This document shows, piece by piece, positions 26,347 to 41,300 of a stretch of 64,000 nt of DNA. This DNA is from an uncultured Gammaproteobacteria bacterium (GTDB lineage Bacteria; Patescibacteriota; Patescibacteriia; Buchananbacterales; UBA6539): the NCBI GenBank assembly GCA_964540635.1, contig CAZINP010000003.1, positions 43,892 through 107,891 of the forward strand. Reading direction: 5' to 3'. The position numbers and the translations under genes were made by a program. The stretch's first letter is position 1; every line of letters begins with the position of its first letter. The notes beneath the pieces are model-generated. The model was not told the origin of the DNA. It searched no databases and saw only the letters and a list, made by a program, of their open reading frames with translations.

Positions 26347-29300
26347 ATGAAGCCTAAAACAAAAATAATCACCAAAAAAATTACTGTGCTGGCACTTTTT
26401 GCCATTGCCATTTTTGCGATTGCCCCCGTGGCTTTGGCTGCCGATTTTGGTTTGGGGTATGGGACGAATTTAGGGTTGGGTACTCAGGATTTGCGCGTGA
26501 CGATTATGAGAGTGGTTCAGGTAGCCTTAGGATTTTTAGGTATAATTGCCATCATATTGTTTATGTATGGCGGATGGCTTTATTTGTCTTCGGCCGGCAA
26601 TGAAGAAAAAATCAGCCGAGGCAAGCAAGTTTTAATTAATGCTGTTATTGGTTTGGTTATAATTTTTACTTCATTTGCCATTGTCAGTTTTATTATAAAT
26701 TTCTTGGGATCGGCAACCGGTTCCCAGCCGCCGCAGGGTTTTACATGTACGGCCAATCAATGTGTTTCTTGCGGTGTAAGGTGCAATGATACCGGCGATG
26801 GCTATGTTTCTACAAGTGATTGCTCAACCCAGGAATACTGTTCTGTCCCGCCAAACCCGGCCTGTCCGAAGCCAGATGATATTATTCCGACTATTTGCCG
26901 CATTGAGCCGGTTAGGGGAGTTGGTTTTGGTGGCGTACCTCAAGGTTACGTCGGTGATTTTGTAACAATTGAAGGTTGGTATTTAGGTATTTTTGAGTCG
27001 GGAGTCAGCCGGGTTAAATTTGATGAAACCGAGGCTTCAATTGCCACTTGTGATAACAATCCGATTTGGTATACCAACGCTAATCGCTATAGCATTATCA
27101 GGGCAATTGTCCCTTCAATTGAATTGGGTACGACAAATGTTTTAATTGAAACAAGCGCTTCTCTTACCAGCAATACAAAACCGTTTATAGTAATTGAAGG
27201 AAATCCCGGTCCCGGCTTGGCCTGCTTGATTCCGCCGAACGGAAAGAACAACGACCTTTTAACCAAAGCCGAAGGTGTTCGTTTTGGTGATGATCCGGAT
27301 ATTTTAGGTGGCTTATTCTTTAATGACAATCAAAAATCAACTTTTGTTTCTTGGTCGGATGAGATTATTAGTCAGCCAACAGTTCCGGCGAATGCGGTTT
27401 CCGGTCAGGTTTATGTTAAAGACGCTGACGGCATTCAAAGCAATGGCGTCTGGTTTACGGTTAGTTGTACCGAGAATAGCAGTTGTGCCAGTGGCTGTTG
27501 CAAGAGCTTTATGTGTCAGCCTGATTCGGCTTGCCAATCGGGCGTGGGCGAAAGTTGTGATAACGATATCAACACGACCAATTGTGAGCCCGGATCAAAT
27601 TGTGCCGATGGTTTAGTTTGTAACAGTAATAGTTGTCTTTGTGATTTACCCGGATATGATCAACCGTGTGATACAAATTTAGATTTGCCACTTTGCCAAG
27701 GTGGCAGTTGTGCGGCGGGTTATTATTGCCAAGAATCAACTTGTACCTGTCAGGAGATTCCAACTTACGGCGAGCCGATTATTTACGGCTTTACGCCAAC
27801 GAGCGGCGCAGTTGGGACTTATGTGACAATTTCCGGCGGTAATTTTGGTCCAAATAAAACTTCAGCGGCCGGTCATGTTTATTTTATTGAAGGTGCGAAT
27901 AAGGTTGAAGCCGATTATACATTAATTAAAGAATGCGCCGATACTTTTTGGCACAATACTCAAATCGTCGTTAAGGTGCCGGCCGGTTTAGTTAACGGCA
28001 ATCAATATATTATTGAGGTTGAAAATAGCGAAGGGAAATTTGATACTTCCGGCTTAAACCCCTCCGTCTTTACGGTTGATGAAAATTTAATTCGTCCGAA
28101 TATTTGTAAGATTACTCCAGACAACGGACCTATTTATCAAGATGTAGAAATCTACGGCGAAAATCTTAACCCGAGCGCTGCGCCAGTCAGCAGTGTCATA
28201 TTTTCGTCAAATGTTGTTCAGAGTAATTTCACTTTATCTACCAATGACATCTTTGCTTCTGTTCCGGCCGGGTCAGTTTCCGGTTTGGTAAAAGCTAAAA
28301 ACAGCAAAGACAATGAGAGTAATGGTTTGTATTTTCAGGTCGGTGCTTGCGTAGTTGGCGGTTGTCAGTCCGGCTATGAGTGCTGCCAGGGTGGCAGATA
28401 CAACTTAAGTTGTATGCCCGAAGGCGGTTGTTATGCGGCAGTCAGTAATTCGTCTTATGATTGGACTTTTACCACCGGCGCCAGACCGGGGAATTGTTCA
28501 AATGATTCAGGTATTTGTATTCCCAATAATGATATGTGTTCGGCCGGTTATACTTGCGATACTCAAACTTGTAATTGCACCCCAACCGGCACGTTTAATT
28601 GCAGTAATAAAGCTTATCCGGTTTGCGAGCCAAACAGTGATCTTTGTCCCGATAATCAGTTTTGCGGCGCAACTTGTACTTGTTTAGCTAAGATCCCATG
28701 CGATGGCAATGTCGCCACCCCGGCTTGTCAGCCAAGCGACGACATTTGCCGCAGTGTTGACTCAAGCCTTTCTTGTGACCCAGAGACTTGTTATTGTGAT
28801 ACCGGATTTAGCGCCACAAAGGCAGCTTATGATTGGACTTTTAATTCTTACACCGAAGGTCCGCAAGTGGTTGATGAATGTAATCGTACTCCCGAATGTG
28901 CCAAGGTTTGTGCCAACGACAGATCGATTACCTGTTCTCAAGACAGTGATTGTGGTGCTGACGGGCCGTGCATCAAAGCCTTTTCCAGTCCTTCGCCAAA
29001 GTATAATCGTGACGGTGAGGTTTATGCCAATTCTCAAATCAGCGTTAGTTTTGACCAAGAGATTCTACCAAGCACCGTTAATTCAAATACCATAAAATTG
29101 TATCGTTGCAATCAAGACTCCGGGTTTTTAAGCGCCAGTTGTTCGGTTATAACTGTTAGTAGTTATTTAGTTTTTGATTGGGATTACGGAATAATTGATG
29201 CTAATGGTGTAATCATCAACCCAGTCAACTCATTAGAAGCGGGTTATTGGTATAAAGCGGAAGTAACCGCCGGTGTCATCGGTCGCAACGGGTTTGCTGC

Positions 29301-32300
29301 CGCTCCTTATTCTTGGCTCTTCAAAATAAAAGCCGGAACAGGCAGTGTTGGCTGTGCGACTTGCCAACCGGGTTATGCTACATTATTTGCTCGATATGAC
29401 GGCAACTGCAGTGGAGTGGGTGATCCCGACTGTCAACCTTACCTTGGTCAGGCTTGGGATCAAGATCACGTTTGTGTCATGTTGAAACCTGAAACTTTAA
29501 CCTGGAATTGGAATTTGTTAAATGAAACCGATAAACGAGCTTCAATATTTAACAGAGCAACGTCGCAACCGGCTTATCCAAACGACGAAGATGCTTATCT
29601 TTCAAGTGTGAGCGGCCAGGGCTTTGATGTTATTGATGTTTATGCCAGAAAGGAAACTTTGACTAATCCGGTTAAGGTGGCTACGGAAATTAATGGTTTG
29701 CCGTCTCAAGCCTATCAGTATGGTGAAAATATTTGCGATTTAAGCGTTGATTTATCAACTCCGATTGTTGTTAAGCGCTGGCCGGATTGTAATGGCGCTT
29801 GTACAAACGCTTCTGTTGGGGCGGCTTTTTCCATCCCCATGAATTCAAGCTCAATTACCGCCAGCGGAGCGGTTGTGCTTTATGCTTGTGCGGATAATGC
29901 CAATTGTCGGCCCGGTTATGGTGTTTGCAGTGTTACCGGCAACTACTGTAATGCGGCCAAAGGAACCGGTTGTGGTACGGGTGAGACCTGCCAGGCCCTT
30001 GATTACGATCAAGTAAGTGTCCCGCTAAACTTTAACCAGCTAGGTGCGGTTGTTAATGGTTATGCGAATTCTTATTTGGCTGATTCGCCCTGTTTTGATA
30101 TAAACGCTGACGGAAAAACCGATTATTGTCTTTTACCAAACACCTATTATAGAGTTATTTTACGAAATACGATTGAAGCAACCAATGGTAAAAAATTAGG
30201 TAAATTAAATTATGACGATGCCCTATATAACGGTTTGAGTGAGCTAGGAATTAAAGATTCTTATTCTTGGGTTTTCAGAACTCAGGATAATATGTGCGCC
30301 CCCGGCCGAATTTCAGTTCAGCCGGAAGAAAGACATATGAGTATTTATGAGGTGCAAAAATACGCTTCTTATCCTTACACCTCGCCGGATAGCTGTGATG
30401 CCCAGGGCCAGCCGTTGATTGCCGCAAGTTTCGTCTGGGAATGGCAATCAAAATATTGCCAGATCGCCGATTTGTTTTCATCTTCATATGGTGGTTATTT
30501 AAATACTCACACCTTTTTTGCGGTGCCTCCCGGTTGCACTAAAGTGACCAGCCAGTACGCTACTTTACGCAGCGGTTGCGGTAATGGTGTTGTTGGCTTG
30601 GGTGAAGATTGTGATGATGGCAACATTTTCAATCAAGATGGTTGCAGTTCAACCTGTCTTAACGAAGGTGTTAGTACAATGCCGAATTATAATTTTTCAT
30701 TTGACGGCATTCCAACAATTTCGTCAAACACCAATGAATTTCCATTTGAAAGTACTTCATTTTCTTTGCTTAGAAATTATCCCCTAAATGGCACTGCCAG
30801 ATCGGGTTTTGGTTCAAGTCAAAATTTAGGTGTAAATAATAGTGGTGTTATTTATGCTCAATCAGACAATGGCCGATCCGGCCTAATGAGAGATAATTGG
30901 GTTAGTGCTGATCATTATTTTGTCAGTGCAAACATTAAACTTCCTCAGAATACTGAAAATATAAATGATGTTGGTTTAATTTTTGGCTATCTCAGTAATA
31001 ATAGCAATTATTTTGCTGCAATCTGGTCAAGCCTTGGTTATTCAGCCATGGCTGACTATCAGCAATTAAAGATAATTAAAGCCGCAAGTGGCCTGCCGCA
31101 AAGTGTTGCTAATACGCAAAAGATTCCGGCCGATCAAAATTGGCACGAAATTAAAGTTGAAGTCATTAATTATGATTTTTCAGCGGATATAAAATTATAT
31201 TTTGATGATAATTTGTATTTAACTTACAAATCAAATACTAGGGTTGTGGGTAATGCCGGTATTTATGCTTATGATACTGATGGTCAGGTTTTATTTGATA
31301 ATCTAAAAATTTACGGGGATGATTTGCCGATTTGCGGCAATGGCATTTTAGAGAAGGGCGAAGAGTGCGAAAAAGATCAAGCTGGAAATTTTGGACCTTA
31401 TTGCACCTTGGGTTGCTTAAATAGTGGAAACGCCGCTTCCGGTGCGGTTTGCGGCAATGGCGTGGTTGAGCCGGGCGAAGAATGCGACAATGGCAACGAG
31501 CCTAATAATAATGAGGCTGACGGTTGTACCAATACTTGTATTTTAAGTGGCTTTACTCTTTCAAATATGTGTGGCAACGGCATCGTTGATAAAGGAGAGG
31601 CTTGCGATAACGGTGACTTTACCAGATACACCTGCCTTAATAATCCAAGTCAGGTTTGTGATCCCAATGATGATACGGCCTGTGGTAATCAGAAAGCTCT
31701 TTGCACTAATCGGGCCAAGTCTGGCGATGGGTGCACCGGTTATTATCAAAGCGTCGCTTTTCCGGAGAATATTTCGGGGCACAGTTGCAGCACGATGACT
31801 GAAACTCAATGTAAAACTTTTTCGGAAACATCAAGTGATAATCACGCTAAGTATTGCTATTGGACTGGTACCGAGTGTCGCATTAGGCCTTGTATTTCAG
31901 AAACCAGCACGGCTCAAGGCAACGACCGCTATGACATTTCCATCTGCGGCAATGGATTGGTGGAGGCTGGTGAAGAGTGTGACTATGGTTCTCTTTGCCA
32001 AACGTCTTACGGCGGGGTGGCAAGATGCACTTCATTAAATGCTTCAACGGTTTGCGCTTCGGGTATTTGCGGCCAGGGGGTTTGTCAGGCAAAAACTTCA
32101 ACTGGATATATTACTAATCAATACGTTGCATGTACCGAGGAAAACGCCGGTGATCTTTGCTATTCCGGCTCTTGTGAGTTGCCGGCAAATTCTTATCTGC
32201 CAGGGTGTACTTCAAATTGTTTAAACGCCGGCTCTGTTTCTGATAATCGGTCACACCAAATCGCTCAAGGCTTAGCTGACGGTCAAACCGAGGTCCAAGC

Positions 32301-35300
32301 TTGGACAAGCGAATTTAAGCCCAGTAGCGGCGGTCCGATGGGAATTGGTAAATTATTTGTTGGCGCTTGGGGTCAGCCGGAAGATTTCTATGTCATTGAT
32401 CAATGGCCAAATTGTTTCACGGCCTGCTTAAACGCTGATATTGGCGCCCAATTCAGCCAATATGTTAATACCGCTTCGCTTACTACTTCAGATAATATCA
32501 AGCTTTATGAGTGCCGCACCGATTCGGGTTGCAATTTGGCTAATGCGACCAAAATATCCGGTTTAAGCGTTATCCCATTTACGATTAAGACCAATTCGGA
32601 TAATCGTATTGATGCGGTTCAACTTTTATTGCCAAATTCTTATAATCCGGTTAACCACGATAATAATCCGTCGACCGCCCCAATTCCGGCACTATTGCCT
32701 GATAGTTATTATCGCGTGGTAATAAGCAAAAATGTCAGGACCGATTCCAATCCGCCAAAGAATTTACAGTATTTAAACTTTAACGACCCAACCGTTGGCT
32801 CCGGTACGGAAAATGATTCATACTCATGGGTTTTCAAAACTCAAAACAAAAATAATTTCTGCGCCCTATCCAGTGTAAAGGTTTTGCCGCAAACCTGGCA
32901 GATGTTTACCGGTAACAAGAGACAATTATATTTCTCACGGCCGATAAGTAAGCCGGATGAATGTTCGGTTAATGGTCAACTTTTGAATCCTTTCTATTTT
33001 GATTGGCGCTGGGATGATGTAGAAATGTCTCAAGATAATGGCAACTTTATCAATGGTGCTGATATATTAATTGACACTTTGGATGAGTTTCTTAAAAAAG
33101 TTATAAATGGTGGAACTCTACCGACGACACCCCCAACCGCTGGCGGATACCTTAAGGACGGTTGTGGTAATGGGGTGGTTGAGTTTGGCGAAGATTGCGA
33201 CCCGGGTTTGCAGTCCATTGAGGGTTGTTCCAATACCTGTCAGCACGCCGGCAGTGGCGCCTGTAGCCCGACGGTAAGTACCAATTGTTGCGGCAATTCA
33301 ATTATTGAACCGGGCGAAGAATGTGAACCTTTTGTTAATGGCGGTTTTTGCACCAGCAATGGTTTGCTGTGTGATCCTTTTCTTGATCCAAACTCTTGTC
33401 CTGGGGGTACCTGTTTATATTTATGTGATAGTAGATGTAGGTTTGCCGGCAATACAAATACCCAAGCCAATTGCGGCGACGGCGTGATTTCACCTATCGA
33501 AATTTGCGACGGTAAACTCGGAGATGATAGCGACGGTTGTTCTGATTATTGCCAACCTTCAGGTGCTGTACCCGCAACCGGCTCAACCTGCGGCAATGGG
33601 ATTATTGAAAAAGGAGAAGAATGCGATGGTGGGGAACTTGCTTCGGGCAATATACCTTTAAGTTTTGATGGTAATAATTGTTCGGGAATCAAAAATAAAA
33701 CCGGCGTAAGCGGCGGTTGCACCAATTATTCAACCGAAACTCAATGCCAGTCTTGGAAGGGTTGTTATTGGAGTGGTAATGAATGTAAACATCGGCCTTG
33801 TATTATTGAGAATCGAAATGTCGCCGTCTGTCGGAATAGTGAAAATTTATCCGTTGATTTCAAACAAAATTATAATGCCTGTAAACCGGGTTATACGTCT
33901 ATTTTTCTAAATACTTTGACCGGAACCTCATTAACCAATCGACCGGTTTGCGGCAATGGCGTGGTTGAGCCGGGCGAAGAATGCGATTTGGGCGGCTGGT
34001 GTATTGATGAAGAAACCAATAATTTTAAGACTTGTACAACTTACAATGCAGTCGGTTGTCGCAACAATATCTGCTTAACTTACAGTTACTATTGTTCGGT
34101 TGATGGTTTGCCCATAGATGGTGCTACCACACTTGGCGCCTGCAGTGCCGAAGGTATTTGCGATAGCAATAAAAATTGTGTTGTTGCCGGTCCCGGTGGT
34201 TCAGAAATAGAATATCCCAAGTCAACATGCACGACAATTGGCGCGGCATGCTCTATTTCCGGGACGGGATATGTCAATGGCTGCTCAAGTAATTGTGTGT
34301 ATAATGGTTCGCGTTATGATGATGGCATTAACGATCCGTATCAAATTGTTCAGTCGGTTGGTGTTTTTTCTAACACTGTTTTGACGGAGGTAAATGAAGA
34401 AATTCGCGCTTGGCACGCTTTGCAACCTGATAGAGTCGGGGTGGGCGAATTAACGATTTTGGCCAGCGCCAACGTACCGTTTACGGTTGTTGGCCATCAG
34501 CCAAAAGCAAGGGGTCTTGATCCAACTAATCAGTGCCGTAACGTCGGCATCTGGGCAATTTTGTCCAGACCGCTTGATGCAACATCTGTTACCGCTGAAA
34601 ATTTATATTTGGGCAAGCAAGGTGTTGAGGATAATCTTATCAAGAGCTATTCGGTTTTACCGGTTTCCGGGTCCTGCAATGAAAATCACCGCTGTGTTTA
34701 TCCTGGTGCGGAAGATAGTCCACTGGAAACCAGTTATTGTTATGTAAATTCCGACTGTGTCGGCAGTAAGATTGTAATAAATGAAATTGAAGGTGTTTAT
34801 TTGGATGGTAATTCTTCTTATGTATTACGTTTTAAACAAAGTTTGAAGGCTCAAGACGGCTCAAATTTGCAGGAGTTAAACTATTCAGACCAAGATCTGA
34901 AAAATTATACAATTTGGGGTTTTGATACAAGCGCTGATTTCTGTTCGTGCAATTATGTTGGTGTCAATATATTAAACACCACCGGGCAGGCTTTTACCAC
35001 CAAGGATTATTTCACTTGTGCCGGTGATAATTGCGGGTCAAATACTTATAAAGTTTTATTTGATGACGACTACAAGCCAAAAGCAATGTGTCGTTTGTCC
35101 GGGCAGGAAGCTAAATTTGCTTGTGACACTTCAAAATCTGCTGTTGATCAATGTGGTACCGGTGGCACCTGCAGTCTTTATAGCGCTATGGCCGGCAATC
35201 AGCATTTGTACAATGCCAACTGTTATGATACCGAATATTCGGAAGGCACAGATATTCCGGTTGGTTTGGGAACTGCTTATGATTTTGCTGAAATTGATCC

Positions 35301-38300
35301 GCAAAAATTAATTTATTTAACAGGAGTTGACGAAAAGACCGTTGACTGTACAAATGTTAATGGTCAGTGTTTGGTTACGCCGGGTGATAATCAGGTTCCG
35401 GCCGGAAAAAATGGTGATTCGCAAGTTATGGTTTCGGGCAAACAATATATGGATAATAACAATCAGATTTGTACCCCAACAGAAGCCAATGCTCAAACTT
35501 GCCTATTGCGTCGGTCAGCTCACCAAACCATTGATATCACCAATTTTATTTGTGATAATCCTTGGCCGGCTCTTGGATCTTTCCCGTATACAGACAGTAA
35601 TGCCAGCGGCAACTCGCCGACAAACAGCGTTACGCCATATTATAATTTCACCATGTATTATTGCCGCGATTACGGCAAAGAAGGTTTTGATGACGATTTG
35701 CCGTCGTTAAATATCAATGGGCCGGTTTTTGGCAGCCGCGGTGATGTCCTAAAAGAATTTTTATTCCCGGTTGGAACCGATGTGGTTATTAATGCCCCCG
35801 GTTCACCAAAGAGGGGTGTTGATTTCTTGAGCAATGACTGCACTCAGGCCGGTATGGGTGGTATCGTGCCAAGCAATACCGATGCTTATCGGTGCAATGT
35901 TAATTCCCATTTCCGTTATAAATTTACGGGCGTGGAGAAGGGTTACTATAAATTAGTCTACCAAACTTATAATTACGGTTCGGGCAGCATGAATTCTCTG
36001 GATTTATATGGTTTGAAGATGTGTGATAAAAATAAAAATGGTTATATAAATACCGGCGGGGCAACCGGGGAAACAACTCCTTGCAACACTCAGGCTGATT
36101 GTGCCAGCTTGGGAACGGGCATTGCCTGCTTGCCGGTAACTCAAGAAATTGATGTATATCACGTTAATGTTAACGATACAGTTCCGATTGCAAGAATATC
36201 AGCTATACCGCGCGCATACGACAATATGCAGTCAAATGAAGTGCCGGTGTTATTAGAGGCGGGTGATCACACTTTTAGATTTAGATGGATTAATGATTGG
36301 AATGTAACAGTAGATGGTAAATATTATGATTCTAATTTGATTATCAATAAGGTTTCATTGATTAAAGTTGAAAATGAAGCAACTTCAGATGCAATCGGCT
36401 TAAGAATTTTACCAAATACGCTGCATCTTTCCGCCTCAACTTGGTATAATACCGGCCTTTGCGGCGCCCAAGTTGGCAGTGGTGTAGAGAATATTTGTTA
36501 TAGCAACAATGATTGCGCCGGCATTAATTTGTTTAAGAACGCAAACTTTGAAGATACAACAAAGCCTTGGGTTTATGAATATAACACGCTTTCGCCAAAT
36601 GTTTACCATAATCAGCCCGGTGAAATTATTGCCGGTGGCAGAAGTGGCAAAGCCGATAAACTTGCTGGTCAAAGCACGGTAACAACCTGGGGTTATCAAA
36701 TAAAATATCCTTCCCCGTTTGATTTGCCGGCAGGAAACTACGTCTATTCGGCTTGGATAAAATCACAAGACGGTGGAAAGGTTGGGATCACGGTTCAAGA
36801 AACAACCGGCTGGAGCCATTTATGCAGCAATAAAGATTGCACGATTAGGGGTGATTCAGTCGTCTGTGCCAATACTGATAACGAGTGGCATAAAGTTACT
36901 TGTACTTTTAGTTTGGCAAAAAAGACACAGGTTCAAATGGCCGTTAGAGCCGACGATGAGGCTAAAACCTTTTTGGTTGATGACGTCTCTCTCACGACGG
37001 GTTGCAATTTTAATTTGCCAAGCCGCGGCACAGCCCAACCTTTGACTTTTGACGGATACAACGCCGCTTCAGACGGCAGAAGCTTATACGTTAATGCCAC
37101 TAATTTTAACGGCACCAATTTGTTTTCAAACATTTTCTTATTATCGTATACTCAAAACGCCAGCGAAAGTACGAAGGAAATCTTCAGGCGTTTATCTGAT
37201 CAAACCAATACTTTGGGCGGCTTGAGCTTTAATGCCAATATGACCAGCCATCGCCTTTGCAGTGGCGTTGGTTTGTACGAGAAGACAAGCTTTATTTGTA
37301 ATCAAGTCGGCGTTGCCACCGATTGCCGTGGATATAACAGTCAATCGCTTTGCGAAAGCGAAGCAAACTTAAAGAATGGCTGTTACTGGAGTGAAACCGA
37401 TAAAATTTGCAGCGGCCGCATGTGTTTGCCGATTTATTGTCAAAGTGATAAAGACTGCCCGAATTTAATTTGCGATAATCAAAAGGGCGGAGCAGTCAGG
37501 GATAATTTGCGTTTCGGCAATTTGCGCGATATGCAGCTGACTTTGGAAAGAAGTTATAAATCAAACGGCAGCTATCCTAAGTTATCAGCCGGTACCTATA
37601 TAGCGTCCACTACTTTTGCGGTTTGGCCGTCTTGGCAGGCAACCTTGGGCAGTGGAATCGGCAGCACCTTGCCTTCTGATCCGTTAAATTATTTTACCGG
37701 TTGTGTGGCCAGTTATTGCGACACCAATGAAAACGGTACACTTGAAACCGCTGAAACCACTTCTTGCTTGCCCTATAATGTTACTTCCTGCAATAACAAG
37801 CCTCAAAATTGTTTGCCGACCGAAGTTGATCCGGATAGAGTAAAAACCTGCTGGGACGAAAAGGCTAAAGAATTTTCTTGCCCGCAAGAAATGTACACTT
37901 ATGCTTATCGTTCAAGTGAAGGCGGCAAGGAGTATGAACTTTATACCAATTTTGAATTTATAACTTCCGGCTGGGTGAGTAACGCCACCGGCTATCAATT
38001 GCCTTTTTATGGCACGCAAGAATGCAAGAAATTAAATTTTGAAATACATCAAACCAGAGATAGGGTTTCAACCCCAATTGAAGATTCCAGCTGTGCCATT
38101 AAGCATTGCTGGGGAGCCTCAGGTATTTTAACCGGCTTAAGGGACGGTTGGACCTATGGTCAGAACAACACAAATGATTGCGAAGGTACCAGGCCGGCGT
38201 GTCCAAGCGGTTATCGCTGTACCGGTGATGCTGATTCGGACGGAGTTTGTGATGAAGGCTTGAGTGATAATTGCGCACCTCTTTTGATGTGTTCGGCTAA

Positions 38301-41300
38301 CGCCAAGGATTGCTATAACCCAGATCAGCGCGACAGCAACGGTGATGGTCGCGGCGATGTTTGCGATCAGACATGTTCGGGCGATAAGGATGGCGATACG
38401 ATTTGTGATAACATTGATAATTGTCCGACAGTCAGAAACACCGATCAACTCGATCACGATGGCGACACAATTGGTGATGCCTGCGATCCGTGTACGGATA
38501 TGGATAGTGATGGTTATTGGGATTATAAGACAGCTGCCAATGACGAAAAAGTTTGCCCTCAAGACAATTGTTCCCCGTTCTATAACGGTTATTGCCAGAG
38601 CAGCGCCGGAGATCGAAACGGTCAACGTTGTCATTCAACCTCGGATTGCGTTGCCGGGTTTAATAATACATGTTTTATCCCATTTACCTCTTCCTTTGGT
38701 GTCTCTAATGATCGTCCAAAATATTGCATTAAAACGGTTGACGGTAAAGAGCTTTTTGCTTCAAAGGAAGTTTGTAGTACTGCTTGTCCCACCGGCTATA
38801 CTTGCAAGCAAGCCTTGGACAGTTCAACCAGGTATTTTAATCCGAACCAAGAAGATTATGATAACAGCGGTCGCGGCTATATTTGCAATGATTGTTTGGA
38901 TTATGATCAGGATGGTTTAGGTGATTGGACCTTTTATGCCAAATCAAGCGATGTCGCAACGGCCGTAAATTTAACCTTTGATCAGAAAGAACATTTTGCC
39001 GGTTGCCGAGCCGATCAAAGAGCATTTGTTGGTTTTGGGACACCGTCACCGGCGACAGATTTAGATAATTGTCCGGGTGGGCCTTATTCAAAGAAGTGCT
39101 ATGATAATTTCGGCGTGGAAACCCTCTGCTCAAATCCGCCGACAAATTGGAGTGATGAAAATAATAATAGTTATGTTAACAGCCAAGCCGATATTGATTT
39201 GAATCATTATGGTGATATCTGTGATCCTTCGGGCGACGGCCGCCTTGACCCGGGCGAGGCCTGTGATTGCGGTGATTTAGCCATTTCTCAAGATGAACAA
39301 AATCCGTTCCAATGTACAACTTTAAATGATGTAGAATGTGCGCATTCAGAAAGATATGGTGATTGCTGCAAGTATTGCGCCACTGATTTGGCCACCGGGC
39401 AGCACTACATTGCTCAATCTTGCGGTCCAAGGCTGGGAGACGGCATTGTTAATGGTAGTGAAGAGTGCGATTGCGGCGAGAACCAAATAATTCGCGACAG
39501 CATTACCGATCCGCCTAATATTGACGCTACCGCCACTTCCGGTATTTCGTGTTTGACTTTTGATACGGCCAGAACCCCCAGAACCATTTTTAATGGAATT
39601 GATTGTGGACCGATAACTCAAAACGGGGTGTTTCAGTGGAGCATGGACGGCTATTCCTGTCAGTGGTGCGATATGGGTAGAATCGAAGAAACTACCGGCC
39701 CATATTTTGGTGATGGGATAGTTGACACGGACGTTTCCGGGGGCTTGGAACAGTGCGATTGCGGTGATGCGGCGCCGATTTCTACAGATACCAACAACTC
39801 TTTCTGTGTCTATGGCACATACAATTATTATGGTGAAACCAGGACCGGCAATTATTGGACTTTAACCGAAACTGCTGTTTTATTTAATGAAACAGAGACG
39901 ATTACCAGAAATATTCCTTGTATCTCAAAATGTTCGTCGTTTAACGGCCAACCCTGCACACCACAGGAAAGATGCGATGGTGTTTGCGGGTATTGCCGGG
40001 CTAATGATACTAACACCGGTAGCATAGAAGACTATTCCGGTCATCTGTGCCTGCCGTGTTCATCAGTAGAATGCAATTCAATTTGCATTAACTTACCAAA
40101 TGACGGTTGTTGCCGTGATGGAGAAACAGCTGATAATGAATATGGCTGTCCGTTTAAGGTGGGTGATCAAATTTTAATAAAAACACGAGAAAATAATACT
40201 GCTTGCGGATCAAACGAAGATAAGCCGTGGTGTCACCCTTCAATTTTCTTGAAAGCTAAGACGCGTTTGGCAACCGATCCGGGGATTTTTGGCGACGGTA
40301 CCTCGGCTTCACCATTTTATTTCTTTAAGGTTTTACCTGGAGATGAAGATGACTGTCGAGTGAACAATAATCGAATTCCTGAATTGGGCAGTGACGTAAA
40401 AACCGGGGATTGTATTAAATTTGAAATTACTTCGATTAATGGTAAAAACAAGGTTTCGATTGGTTCGGACGGCTGGATAACGGTTGGGGATAATTTCGCC
40501 AGCTGGGTTATTAACATTGTTGACGGTATGCCGCTGAAGGTTGGTAGTATAATCTCATTGAAACAGGCTGGTCAGAGTGATGATAAATTTTGGTCAACCA
40601 GGTGGAAAAATGTTGTTACGCTTTTTGGCGAGGATACTCCTGTGGGCACGGCAGATAAGGATCAGGACTGGGAAAAATTTAAAATTTGCAATCGTGCAAA
40701 TATTTGTTCAAACCAGGAGCTTATTCAAGAAACGTGTACGCCGCCCGCCACCGGTGAAGTGGATTCGTGTGCAAATAAATATACCGGCTGCCACCGTTGC
40801 GTAGCAATATCTGAAAACTTAAATATTTGTAGTGAGTACAATTATACTTGGAATCCGGACTTAGTTATAACACCAATTTTGCTGTGCTCTGGTGCTAATC
40901 GTGACTATTGTTGTAATGAGTCTTTGTGTAACGGCAATCCTAATGATTCAGCTAAATATGATATTGATTGTGACGGCGTAAAAATAAATGAGCCAATCAG
41001 TTTGAATGCCGTAGTAGAAAGTAATGGTGTTGATGGTTTTGAATTTTTAACCGGTGGAACAAACTCTTCTGATTATGTTCACACGAAAGGAACTGGTGAA
41101 AACCTTACAAATTATAGGTTTGTGGCAGCTATTTCTCGTGCCTGCAGATCCGATCGGGATACTGTCATAAGAATGCCCGGGGCAGGTAATGCCGTTACTG
41201 GTGGTGGGGACGATAATATTCGTGACGGGGACTGCATTTCGCTTGAAGCTAATGCCGGCGCCTTGGTTATGAACGATGAAAGCTTTTGGAATAATAAAAA

